From Phaeocystidibacter marisrubri (GTDB lineage Bacteria > Bacteroidota > Bacteroidia > Flavobacteriales > Schleiferiaceae), in the NCBI RefSeq assembly GCF_008933165.1, contig NZ_WBVQ01000002.1, forward strand, positions 207,569-271,568: a DNA stretch of 64,000 nucleotides, given 5' to 3'. Below the pieces are notes generated by a model. It was not told where the DNA came from. It worked only from the letters and a program-made list of their open reading frames with translations, and did not search any database. Positions 17,387 to 26,807 of the stretch are shown here, one piece after another (the first letter of the stretch is position 1; every line of letters begins with the position of its first letter). The position numbers and the translations under genes were made by a program.

Positions 17387-18826
17387 ATGCGAAATATCGC
17401 TCAAGGGGTAATCCTTGCCCTAATCATAAGCACAGCCGCCACTGGACAATCGTACAACGATGTGGTTCGATTCAGCAGACAAGCGGATTATGGAAGCGCT
17501 CGTTACATGGCGCTTGGCGGAGCCTTTTCAGCTCTGGGAAACGACTTCAGCGCAGCGGCAATGAACCCTGCAGGACTTGCGGTTTACCGTCACGACGAGC
17601 TGAGCTTCTCTACTAATTACCGCAATACTCTCACAGAAACAGGACACTATGGCAAAAGCACGGAAGGGCTTGATGGACGATTTAGTTTTCATCAGTTTGG
17701 AATTGTGCTCGTAACCGACCTGGAAGATGATGCCCGTTTCAATTTTGGCATCCGCTACAACAGAACCAATGATTACGGTTTTGAACAGCAAATCAATGCG
17801 ACCAATACCGACGGCTCTATTGTTGACCAATGGTTTGACAATGCCGACTTCTACTCTCCAAATTCAGCTGACCTTTGGGGCGCTGGACTCATCTTCGAGC
17901 AACTCGCCGCCGATGTTGAACTCATCGGATTCAACAGTGGAACTTCAAGTTGGGAACAATATGCTTGGGGTACGGACGTCTTACAAAAGGAGAGCTTCAT
18001 TTCCCATGGAGGCCGAGGTGAATTCGCCCTCGACTTTGCGTATGAAAAAGACAATGAATGGCATTTTGGAGGCTCCATCGTGATTCCTACCATCCTCTAT
18101 CAATCGAGAGAAATCTATTCTGAAAGCAACTTTGACCCCGCTTCTAGTTTCCGCTCTTTCACCATGAAAGACAATAATGACATTCGAGGGACTGGTATTC
18201 AAATCAATGCAGGTGTCTTGTGGACTCCCGAAAACTTTGGTCGCGTTTCTGCCTACATTCACAGCCCTACCTTCTGGAGCTTTGCTCAATCGGGAAGTTT
18301 GGAATTCACTTCGTATGACAAAACAGGTGGGGGAAGCCTCAATAGCTATCAACCTTTTGACGACTTCCTATGGCGAATGCAAACACCTATGGTATTCGGC
18401 GCTGGATATGCTTACGTTTTCGACAAGTACGGTTTGATCTCTGTGGATTACTCCTACCAAGACATGACCACTGCTCGTGTATCTGCGAGAAGATATCCAG
18501 GCGAACTCGATTATTTGAATGAGGATATCGACAACCAACTGAAAGGTGTACAAGACATTCGAGTGGGTGGAGAGTTGCGATTGGATAAGATGTTTCTACG
18601 TGGGGGTTACCATTACACTTCTACTCCATTCAAGACTTCAGAACCTGTTGCATATCAGTATTCATTGGGTTGGGGATATAAAGCAAACCAATGGGGTGTT
18701 GACCTAACCTATTCAAGAAAGGTTAGATCTGACTCTTTCTACTTGTATTCAGACCTTTATACTCAACCTACTTCTCGGACCATAACCGATAACATCTTTG
18801 TGGCAACAGTCTATTTCAGGTTGTAA
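17387..18826 (+). CDS. FadL/TodX-like (possibly PorV-like) outer-membrane beta-barrel protein
   Basis: A signal peptide is followed by an N-terminus (…ARYMALGGAFSALGNDFSAAAMNPAGLAV…) that matches the FadL-family hatch motif. The protein is 479 aa and Gly/Tyr/Ser-rich like a beta-barrel, and it ends in an aromatic-rich C-terminus (…VATVYFRL). Confidence 0.6.
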   Translation: MRNIAQGVILALIISTAATGQSYNDVVRFSRQADYGSARYMALGGAFSALGNDFSAAAMNPAGLAVYRHDELSFSTNYRNTLTETGHYGKSTEGLDGRFSFHQFGIVLVTDLEDDARFNFGIRYNRTNDYGFEQQINATNTDGSIVDQWFDNADFYSPNSADLWGAGLIFEQLAADVELIGFNSGTSSWEQYAWGTDVLQKESFISHGGRGEFALDFAYEKDNEWHFGGSIVIPTILYQSREIYSESNFDPASSFRSFTMKDNNDIRGTGIQINAGVLWTPENFGRVSAYIHSPTFWSFAQSGSLEFTSYDKTGGGSLNSYQPFDDFLWRMQTPMVFGAGYAYVFDKYGLISVDYSYQDMTTARVSARRYPGELDYLNEDIDNQLKGVQDIRVGGELRLDKMFLRGGYHYTSTPFKTSEPVAYQYSLGWGYKANQWGVDLTYSRKVRSDSFYLYSDLYTQPTSRTITDNIFVATVYFRL

Positions 18827-18901
18827 GAAGGTTTGGTGACATTATGTAGTCGTTTTCACGCATTTGTCCTTATTTTGGTAGTGCGTCAAGCGACTACTAC
18901 C

Positions 18902-21436
18902 ATGCCTCAACGACTACTGATACGATTTCTGTTTGCAGCGTTAACTCTCTCGGTCTCTGTTCAAGGACAAACCGCAGCACACTCCGGACAAGAGCGCATT
19001 ATCGATTCCCTTCAAGCAAGAATACGCACTGGCTTGGCCGACACCTCTGATGTAAAATACTACATCCGAAACATCTACTCCCTAGCGTCTTTCGATCCAT
19101 TGAGCTCTATCCAACTGAATAGAGCGTATTCGGAGATTGCCTTACGCGAAAAAGACACCATCGCATCAGCTGATTTGAAGAGCCATCTTGGGAACATTTT
19201 CAGAGGAGCTGGCCTTTACGAGCAAGCCATTGAGAATTACATGGTGGCGTCGGAATACTACGAACAGGTTGAGAACTACGCATCACTCTCCTATGCGCTC
19301 ATCAATGTTGGCAACATTTTTTACGACCTGAAGCAGTTTGGCAATGCAGCGCACTACTACCAGAATGTGCTAGACATTGAGGATAATGAGCTTGCCATGC
19401 AAAAGGCGAAAACGGTAGCTTTAAACAACCTAGGCCTCATTGCTCAAGAACACGGCAACTATGAATTGGCCCGAACCTATTTCCTAAAGTCCTTCTCCAT
19501 TCGAAAGTCATATCACTCACCTGATAACATTTCACACAGTCACCTTCATCTCGCAGAACTCTTCACAAAAATGGAGCTGTATGACTCCGTGAGTTCTCAT
19601 TTAAGCCGCAGCTTGAATCAAGTGAAAAAGATTCCGCGTGAATACCCTGTTTATGGAGAACGGCTATGGCAAATCCTTCAAGCTCATGTGGATCAGGAAT
19701 ACGCGCGAGGAAATTACGAGCTTGCACATATTTATGCAGACAGCGCTTTAGCCCAAGCCCTGCTCAATGAGTCGACCTATCACGAAGTCCGCTCTCTTTT
19801 GCAGCAAGCCCGGGTTTGCTATGAAGTCAACAATTTATCGGAAGCAGCAGATGAAGTTCAGGCAGCTTACAACTTAGCCGTATCATCCAACTTGAACTCC
19901 TTCAAAATTGAAGCTCTCGAATTTTGGATCAAACTGGCTAAAAAGAGTAATTCTCTGAAAGAGGTCATCCGACTTCAAAGCGGGCTAATTGACCTTCAAA
20001 AGCAACTTCAAAGTGAACGCAAAGGTCTAGACGTAGCAACACGGATCTATCAAGCAGAGATTTCGAGAATCAAGGAAGAATCACGTCAAGAGCAAAATAA
20101 GCGACAATTGAGTGAGGAAAAACTGGAGACCAAATCCAAAGTGAATCAACTCCTTGTCATCCTCCTGGTCACTGTGGTTATTTTCTCGATTGTGGTCCTG
20201 GTAATGATTATTCAAATCACAAGAAAACGGAAGAAAAGCGCTGAAGATCACAAGACCATCTTAGCCCAAAAATCAGAGATTGAGCAGACAAATGAACGCC
20301 TGCAACGAACCAATAAGCTCTTGGAGGAATCGCTGCGAGAGAACTCCACTTTCATGAGTAAGATGAGTCATGAAATTAGAACGCCGATGAATGCAATTGG
20401 CGGACTCACCGAACTATTGCTAGGCGATAATCTATCTCCAGACCAAGAGCAACTCGTTCGAAACATCAACCATAGTTCTCAGCGCCTCACCGCCTTAGTG
20501 GATGACATTCTAGACTATTCGCGACTGGAAGGAGGGCGCGTTCGACTCCAACCTCGAAATTTCAAGCTCGGCGACTTGATTTCAGACATCATTGCCTTAA
20601 ACAAAAGCAAGGCGGAATCGAATGGAACGCTCATCCACTCTAGAATCGACACCAGTATTCCTACCTATCTCTACGGTGATGCAGACCGTTTGGGACAAAT
20701 CCTCAACAACCTTCTGTCTAATGCCGTGAAGTTTACCGAAGCGGGACACGTTCATCTTCGCGTTTTTGAAGATGAAGAAATGCTCTCACGCGTTCGAATT
20801 GGCTTTGAAGTTGAAGACACGGGAATTGGCATTGAAGAGGGCAATTTGGCCTCCATCTTTGACGAGTTCAAGCAAGCCAATTCGGAGATTCATTCGAGGT
20901 ATGGCGGAACAGGCCTAGGACTTGCCATCTCTCAGCAATTGGTGGAACTGATGGGCGGAACTATCTCTGTTCGAAGCACCATTGGCAAAGGCTCAATCTT
21001 CTATTTCTCCATTCCTTTTGAAATTGGAAAAGAGGATGAACACGCCACCGCTTCTACCCCTGCGAATTTGTCGGATAAAACCATTCTACTAGTAGAAGAT
21101 GATAAGATGAATCAATTCGTCGCTCAAAAAATGTTGGATACCACAGGTGTAGCCATTCAGATTGCTACGAATGGATTAGAAGCTACCGAAATGGCACTGG
21201 CTCAAAAATTCGATTTGATTTTGATGGATATTCAAATGCCTGTCATGAACGGATTTGAAGCCACACAACGCATTCGCAATGAGGGCAAAAACACCTCCAC
21301 ACCAATCATAGCCCTTACTGCCGACGTTCAGGGAGAAACCAAGACAAAGGCCTTAGAAGCAGGGATGAACGACTTATTGACCAAGCCGTTCCACAAACTG
21401 ACATTGATTGAAACGATTACGTCGTACCTTTCGTGA
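18902..21436 (+). CDS. Hybrid sensor histidine kinase / response regulator with a periplasmic TPR-repeat sensor
   Basis: After a signal peptide (MPQRLLIRFLFAALTLSVSVQG) come about 400 aa of TPR-like repeats, one transmembrane helix, HisKA (MSHEIRTPMNAI) and HATPase (…GTGLGLAIS…), and a C-terminal REC domain (…LVEDDKMNQ…DLILMDIQMP…KP). Confidence 0.85.
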   Translation: MPQRLLIRFLFAALTLSVSVQGQTAAHSGQERIIDSLQARIRTGLADTSDVKYYIRNIYSLASFDPLSSIQLNRAYSEIALREKDTIASADLKSHLGNIFRGAGLYEQAIENYMVASEYYEQVENYASLSYALINVGNIFYDLKQFGNAAHYYQNVLDIEDNELAMQKAKTVALNNLGLIAQEHGNYELARTYFLKSFSIRKSYHSPDNISHSHLHLAELFTKMELYDSVSSHLSRSLNQVKKIPREYPVYGERLWQILQAHVDQEYARGNYELAHIYADSALAQALLNESTYHEVRSLLQQARVCYEVNNLSEAADEVQAAYNLAVSSNLNSFKIEALEFWIKLAKKSNSLKEVIRLQSGLIDLQKQLQSERKGLDVATRIYQAEISRIKEESRQEQNKRQLSEEKLETKSKVNQLLVILLVTVVIFSIVVLVMIIQITRKRKKSAEDHKTILAQKSEIEQTNERLQRTNKLLEESLRENSTFMSKMSHEIRTPMNAIGGLTELLLGDNLSPDQEQLVRNINHSSQRLTALVDDILDYSRLEGGRVRLQPRNFKLGDLISDIIALNKSKAESNGTLIHSRIDTSIPTYLYGDADRLGQILNNLLSNAVKFTEAGHVHLRVFEDEEMLSRVRIGFEVEDTGIGIEEGNLASIFDEFKQANSEIHSRYGGTGLGLAISQQLVELMGGTISVRSTIGKGSIFYFSIPFEIGKEDEHATASTPANLSDKTILLVEDDKMNQFVAQKMLDTTGVAIQIATNGLEATEMALAQKFDLILMDIQMPVMNGFEATQRIRNEGKNTSTPIIALTADVQGETKTKALEAGMNDLLTKPFHKLTLIETITSYLS

Positions 21437-21503
21437 CCCTAGTTTATCGCTATCTTGAGGTTTTATACCTTTAACTACCTCAACAACCCCTAACATACCG
21501 AAG

Positions 21504-24500
21504 ATGAAGCACATTACGCTTAGTCTCATCTTAGCCGCAGGCTCTCTAGCGAGCTTTGGACAAGATGAATCCACTCCACTTGAAAAGGCAAATATTTCTG
21601 GATTGTCCTTTAGGAGTATCGGTCCCGCAATGACCTCTGGTCGAATTGCCGATTTAGCCATCAACCCCAATAATCCAGACGAATACTACGTGGCCGCTGC
21701 GAGCGGTGGGGTTTGGAAAACTTCCAATCACGGAATCACTTACCGTCCGATTTTTGACGGTCAAGGCTCCTACTCCATCGGTTGTATCACTATCGATCCC
21801 AACAATTCTGATGTAGTTTGGGTAGGTACCGGAGAAAACAACAACCAACGCAGTGTTGCCTATGGCGATGGTCTTTACAAGAGTGAAGACGGTGGTCGTT
21901 CATGGAATAAAGTCGGACTTGAGAATTCAGAACACATTGGCATGATTGCCGTAGACCCGAGAAACTCGGATGTTGTTTACGTTGCAGCCTACGGACCTGT
22001 ATGGTCGGCAGGAGGAGATCGCGGTTTGTATAAAACCAAAGACGGTGGCGAAACTTGGACTAAGATTCTCGAAATTTCAGAACACACCGGTGTGAATGAA
22101 GTTCACCTAGATCCACGAAATCCGGATGTCATCTACGCTACAGCCCATCAAAGAAGGCGTCATGTTTGGACGTACATCTCTGGCGGTCCCGAATCAGCTA
22201 TCTATAAATCAACCAATGGTGGTGCTGATTTTGAAAAGCTCGGAGGCGGACTCCCTTCTGGAGATGTAGGAAGGATTGGGATGGATATTAGTCCGGTGGA
22301 CCCAGACGTGCTGTATGCATGTATTGAAGGTCACGGATTCTACCGCTCTTCAAATCGCGGAGCGAGTTGGAATAAAATGAGCGGACATGCCACCAGCGGC
22401 AATTACTACGTAGAAATTTTCGCCAGTCCGCATGATGTGAACACAGTTTACTCCATGGACACCTATGCTCAGTACACTACAGATGGAGGTGCTACGTTCA
22501 AAGCCGTTGGCGAACCCGGAAAACACGTAGACAACCACGCCATGTGGATTGATCCGAACAACGCAAGTCATTTCTTAATGGGATGTGATGGCGGTCTTTA
22601 CGAAACATGGGACAACGCCTCAACATGGCACTTCAAGCCCAACCTACCTATCACTCAATTTTACCGTGTAGCGGTAGATTACAACACTCCTTTTTACAAT
22701 GTATATGGAGGAACACAAGACAACTTCTCTTTAGGTGGACCTTCCCAAACCATCAACCAAAGGGGAATTGTCAATAGCGATTGGTTTGTGACCAACACAG
22801 GAGACGGCTTCGAAAGCCAAGTAGATCCGTACGATCCAAATACCATTTACGCTCAAGCTCAATACGGTTGGTTGGTGCGTTTTGACAAGGTTTCTGGTGA
22901 AGCCTTGCCGATTAAACCAGATGTAGGTCCAGATGAAGAGCCACTGCGCTGGAACTGGGATGCTCCGCTGATCATCAGTCCACACGACAATCACACCCTC
23001 TACTTTGCGGCAAACCGCATCTTCAAGTCAACCAATCGAGGGAATAGTTGGGAGTTGATTTCACCTGACCTTACGCAACAAATCGACCGAAACACACTTC
23101 CTGTAATGGGCAAAGTTTGGAGCGTAGATGCGATTGCTAAGAATCAATCTACCACCATCTATGGAAACATTGTAGCCCTTTCAGAAAGCCCGGTGACCCC
23201 TGGCCTTATCTATGCGGGTACAGACGACGGACTGATTCAAGTAACCGACAACGACGGCCAGAATTGGACCCGCTACAACACCTTCCCTGGTGTACCGGCT
23301 AACACGTATGTGAACGACATCAAACCCTCTCTTCACAATGACCAAGTGGTATATGCCGCTTTCAACAACCATAAGAATGGCGACTTCAAGCCATATGTAT
23401 ACAGAAGTAGCGACCGAGGTAAAACATGGACAAACATCGGTGCAGGTTTGCCGAAACGTGGAAGTGTGTACAGCATTGCCGAAGATCATGAAAACCCAAA
23501 TCTCCTTTTTGTAGGTACCGAATTTGGCATCTATTTCACAAGAGATGGCGGTCAGCACTGGATTCAATTGAAAGCAGGCTTGCCAACCGTGGCAATTCGC
23601 GACATTGAAATTCAACGCACCGAAAACGACCTAGTACTCGCTAGTTTTGGTCGAGGTTTCTACATCTTGGACGACTACACCCCGCTTCGCCACATGGAAG
23701 ATGATGTATTTGAAAGTGATGCGCACATCTTCCCTATTACCGACGGACTTGTGTACAACCTTGCCACTCCATTGGGGTACGGTGCGCCCGGTTTCATGGG
23801 AGCCTCGTACTACATGGCCGAAAATGCTCCCGTGGGAGCCACCTTTACCTACTTCATCAAAGAGGCCGCTCCCACTCTAAAAGGCAAGCGTGTAGAAGCA
23901 GAAAAAGAGATGGATCCTATTCAATATCCTTCTGCAGAAGCGTTGAGAGCCGAAGACCGAGAGCAAGGCAACTTCTTAACCTTCATCATTTCAGATGAAA
24001 ATGGCACAGAGATTCGCCGAATCAACACCGCCGATGGCAGTGGAGTGAAGCGCTTAACATGGGACGGTCGCGTTCAAAGCAAATCATACATTTCGCAACG
24101 CGGTGCACCAATCACCAACAACGGCAGCACAGGTTTCGCACCGGAAGGAACGTACTCCGTTCAGATTTATAGAACGGTAAATGGCACAACCACTGCACTT
24201 TCTGAACCAGCTACTTTTGAATTGAAGCATCTTAACAACAATCCTTCTGCAGCTGAAGACCAAGCCGAGCTAGCAGCCTTCCAAGCCCTTGTAGACAAGG
24301 CCAATCGCGATCTAACCGCATTGGACAACGAACTCGATCGTCAAGCGGAACTCGTGAAACAACTCGAAGCAGCAGTTCGCAACACTCCTGGAGTATCCTT
24401 GGAACTATTGGCTCAACTGCGTCAAATTGACAACCAGTTGGCAGATGTTCGCATTGAAATGAATGGTGATCAAAGCTTGAGCAGCAGAGAGTTTGAAACC

Positions 24501-24725
24501 CTTTCTTCGCTCAACGACCGATTGGGAATCACTGCTTGGGGAAGTTATTCCTCAACCTCAGCTCCAACGGGCACACAAATGCGCGAACTTGACATTGTTC
24601 GCTCTGCCATTGCTGGCATAGTAACAACCTTGAATCAAACAGGTGACCAACTCCTAATCATCAAGGAAGAAGCCTATGCTCAAGGTGCTCCTTATCTTGA
24701 AGGTGATCTTCCAGAAGTGGAATAA
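21504..24725 (+). CDS. BNR/Asp-box repeat, sortilin/VPS10-like beta-propeller protein with a C-terminal coiled coil
   Basis: Signal peptide, then many Asp-box-like repeats (SEDGGRSW, TKDGGETW, STNGGADF, SNRGASW, SDRGKTW, TRDGGQHW). It is 1073 aa with an alpha-helical C-terminal ~150 aa. Confidence 0.7.
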   Translation: MKHITLSLILAAGSLASFGQDESTPLEKANISGLSFRSIGPAMTSGRIADLAINPNNPDEYYVAAASGGVWKTSNHGITYRPIFDGQGSYSIGCITIDPNNSDVVWVGTGENNNQRSVAYGDGLYKSEDGGRSWNKVGLENSEHIGMIAVDPRNSDVVYVAAYGPVWSAGGDRGLYKTKDGGETWTKILEISEHTGVNEVHLDPRNPDVIYATAHQRRRHVWTYISGGPESAIYKSTNGGADFEKLGGGLPSGDVGRIGMDISPVDPDVLYACIEGHGFYRSSNRGASWNKMSGHATSGNYYVEIFASPHDVNTVYSMDTYAQYTTDGGATFKAVGEPGKHVDNHAMWIDPNNASHFLMGCDGGLYETWDNASTWHFKPNLPITQFYRVAVDYNTPFYNVYGGTQDNFSLGGPSQTINQRGIVNSDWFVTNTGDGFESQVDPYDPNTIYAQAQYGWLVRFDKVSGEALPIKPDVGPDEEPLRWNWDAPLIISPHDNHTLYFAANRIFKSTNRGNSWELISPDLTQQIDRNTLPVMGKVWSVDAIAKNQSTTIYGNIVALSESPVTPGLIYAGTDDGLIQVTDNDGQNWTRYNTFPGVPANTYVNDIKPSLHNDQVVYAAFNNHKNGDFKPYVYRSSDRGKTWTNIGAGLPKRGSVYSIAEDHENPNLLFVGTEFGIYFTRDGGQHWIQLKAGLPTVAIRDIEIQRTENDLVLASFGRGFYILDDYTPLRHMEDDVFESDAHIFPITDGLVYNLATPLGYGAPGFMGASYYMAENAPVGATFTYFIKEAAPTLKGKRVEAEKEMDPIQYPSAEALRAEDREQGNFLTFIISDENGTEIRRINTADGSGVKRLTWDGRVQSKSYISQRGAPITNNGSTGFAPEGTYSVQIYRTVNGTTTALSEPATFELKHLNNNPSAAEDQAELAAFQALVDKANRDLTALDNELDRQAELVKQLEAAVRNTPGVSLELLAQLRQIDNQLADVRIEMNGDQSLSSREFETLSSLNDRLGITAWGSYSSTSAPTGTQMRELDIVRSAIAGIVTTLNQTGDQLLIIKEEAYAQGAPYLEGDLPEVE

Positions 24726-24743
24726 TAGAGAACGGAATAAATA

Positions 24744-24780
24744 AGAAAGCCTCCCAGATTTGGGAGGCTTTCTTATTTCT
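24744..24780. terminator. Bidirectional rho-independent terminator between convergent genes
   Basis: A 13-bp stem AGAAAGCCTCCCA/TGGGAGGCTTTCT with loop GATT is flanked by A/T runs. Confidence 0.7.
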
Positions 24781-24793
24781 AGACAGAGTGATA

Positions 24794-25852
24794 TTACATC
24801 TTGTAAACGAATGCATTCACATTCATCCCTGCCCCTACCGAAGCAAATAAGATGGTATCTCCCTCTTTAACTTTATGACCTTCGTATTCCGTTTTGCGTA
24901 CCAAGTCGAACAAAGTTGGAACGGTTGCCACCGAACTGTTACCCAACCAGTTCACACTCATTGGCAATACGTTCTCAGGAATTTCCTTGATACCATATAG
25001 ACGGTAAAAACGCTCAACCACAGCGTGGTCTAACTTCGCATTCGCTTGGTGCATGAATATCTTGTCCAAATCTTTCGCCTCTACTCCCGCCTTATCCATT
25101 GCCGCTTTCATGGCATCGGGAACATACTTCAGAGCAAATTCATAGATCTTTCGTCCTTTCATTTTGATGAAGCGATCGTGAATATCCTCACCTGGGCGTT
25201 GTGATACACCTTCATATAGATAGTACGCTTCATCCGCCGCTTTATTCATCACTGCTGAACCGAGAATTCCAGGACGATCAGAAAGCTCCATCACACAGGC
25301 TCCTGCGCCATCGGCAAAAATCATCCCGTTTCTATCGTAAGGATCTACGGCTCTCGACAGTGTTTCACATCCCACTACCAAAGCACGCTTGGCCTTTCCT
25401 GCAAGCAAGTGCATTTCAGCGAGGAGAACACCTTGAATCCATCCCGGACAACCAAATAAGATGTCGAATGGGATACACGAATCATTGCGTATATCGAGTA
25501 AATGCTTAATACGAGAAGACAAACTCGGAAGGATATCCGTACGTCCCGTACCCTTATCCATATCACCAAAGTTGTGCGCGGTAATCACCAAGTCAATGGA
25601 GTTCTTATCGATTCCAGCTTCTTCAATCGCTACTTTGGCAGCAATCGCTCCTAAGTCAGAAGCACGTTCCTCATCACGGGCGTATCGGCGTTCACCAATC
25701 CCAGTAATTTCTTCAAATTTCGACAAGAGCACAGGCATCTCCATGGGATACACCTCACCATTGTCATCATAAAAAGTATGATTTAAGAAGTCCGTATTGG
25801 TCACCTTCGTTCCCGGTAGCACGTGACCTGTGCCTAAAAATTTGACAAACAT
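24794..25852 (-). CDS. 3-oxoacyl-ACP synthase III (FabH-like) family protein
   Basis: KAS III fold of 352 aa with thiolase-like motifs, including a Cys in …FGCPGW… and …HQAN…NWLGNSS…. Confidence 0.75.
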   Translation of the reverse strand: MFVKFLGTGHVLPGTKVTNTDFLNHTFYDDNGEVYPMEMPVLLSKFEEITGIGERRYARDEERASDLGAIAAKVAIEEAGIDKNSIDLVITAHNFGDMDKGTGRTDILPSLSSRIKHLLDIRNDSCIPFDILFGCPGWIQGVLLAEMHLLAGKAKRALVVGCETLSRAVDPYDRNGMIFADGAGACVMELSDRPGILGSAVMNKAADEAYYLYEGVSQRPGEDIHDRFIKMKGRKIYEFALKYVPDAMKAAMDKAGVEAKDLDKIFMHQANAKLDHAVVERFYRLYGIKEIPENVLPMSVNWLGNSSVATVPTLFDLVRKTEYEGHKVKEGDTILFASVGAGMNVNAFVYKM

Positions 25853-26029
25853 GATGTCTCAGTTTCAAACAGAATGAATCCGTTCGAGTTAATACTCTGG
25901 GTTAGCTAAAACTATAATCACGGGCTTTGGCAAGTTGATACTTATTTTTTTAAATCAAGAATGATTCTGAGAAAATATTAACCATGCATAACCAATAAAC
26001 AAAGGAACGGCTACGTGCAACAAATCAAC

Positions 26030-26037
26030 TACCTTTG
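26030..26037 (+). promoter_or_regulatory. Putative -7 element TACCTTTG upstream of folE
   Basis: It matches the Bacteroidetes TAnnTTTG consensus, 22 nt before the first ATG and 49 nt before the second. Confidence 0.3.
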
Positions 26038-26058
26038 CAAACTCATAACATCTTTTAG

Positions 26059-26784
26059 ATGTTGTATGAAACAAAGAGCAATAGAATGAGTCAAAAAGAC
26101 GAGAAAATCCAGCTAGTGGATGAGCTCATAGAGTCAGTAGGTGATTCTCACCTTAGTTCATCAACCGAAACCCCACTACTTCCGGGTGCTTTCGACAAGT
26201 CTGATGACGAGAAAATGCGCGACATTGAGGAACATGTTCGCGGGATTATGAACACTTTGGGGCTTAACCTAGAGGACGATAGTTTGAAGGGAACTCCTCG
26301 TCGTGTGGCCAAAATGTTCGTGAAGGAAACATTTGGCGGGTTGAATCCCGATCGAATGCCGAGCCTTTCAACTTTTGAAAACAGCTACCAGTACGGTGAG
26401 ATGTTGATCGAAAAAAACATCACTGTGTACAGTACCTGTGAGCATCACCTTCTCCCTATTGTAGGTCGTGCTCACGTTGGCTACATTTCCAACGGCAAAG
26501 TGGTTGGCCTCAGTAAAATGAATCGCATTGTAGATTACTATGCAAAGCGCCCACAGGTTCAAGAACGCATGACTCGCCAAATCGTGAAGGCTCTTCAGGC
26601 GGCTCTTGGAACAGAAGATGTTGCTTGTGTAGTAGATGCAAAACACCTCTGTGTGAACTCACGTGGTATCCGCGATATCGAAAGCAGCACCATCACCGCT
26701 GAATACGGTGGTAAATTCAAAGATGAAAAAGTAAGAAGAGAATTCCTCGATTTCATTCGAATGGAAACCTCCTTCGGCGCATAA
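26059..26784 (+). CDS. folE: GTP cyclohydrolase I
   Basis: …GTPRRVAKMF…CEHHLLPIVGRAHVGYI…QERMT… is the FolE signature. The start is ambiguous: there are in-frame ATGs at 26059 and 26086. Confidence 0.85.
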   Translation: MLYETKSNRMSQKDEKIQLVDELIESVGDSHLSSSTETPLLPGAFDKSDDEKMRDIEEHVRGIMNTLGLNLEDDSLKGTPRRVAKMFVKETFGGLNPDRMPSLSTFENSYQYGEMLIEKNITVYSTCEHHLLPIVGRAHVGYISNGKVVGLSKMNRIVDYYAKRPQVQERMTRQIVKALQAALGTEDVACVVDAKHLCVNSRGIRDIESSTITAEYGGKFKDEKVRREFLDFIRMETSFGA

Positions 26785-26807
26785 TCACTTCCAACACCTA
26801 ATTTCAA

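Noticed and set aside
16223-17388. Several ORFs (16223-16558, 16314-16685, 16567-17049, 16950-17366, 17179-17388) that overlap the disordered lipoprotein gene in other frames or on the other strand
   Set aside because: They are by-products of the repetitive, compositionally biased DNA. Only the frame starting at 15938 has a signal peptide and a continuous 471-codon ORF.
17387-18826. Firm assignment of the FadL-like barrel as T9SS PorV
   Set aside because: The N-terminal FadL-family motif is clear, but I cannot tell PorV from generic FadL/TodX transporters by eye. This needs family-specific HMMs.
21374-21670. A 98-aa minus-strand ORF spanning the junction of the hybrid kinase and BNR genes
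   Set aside because: It overlaps the 3' end of one well-supported plus-strand gene and the 5' end of another, and has no motif.
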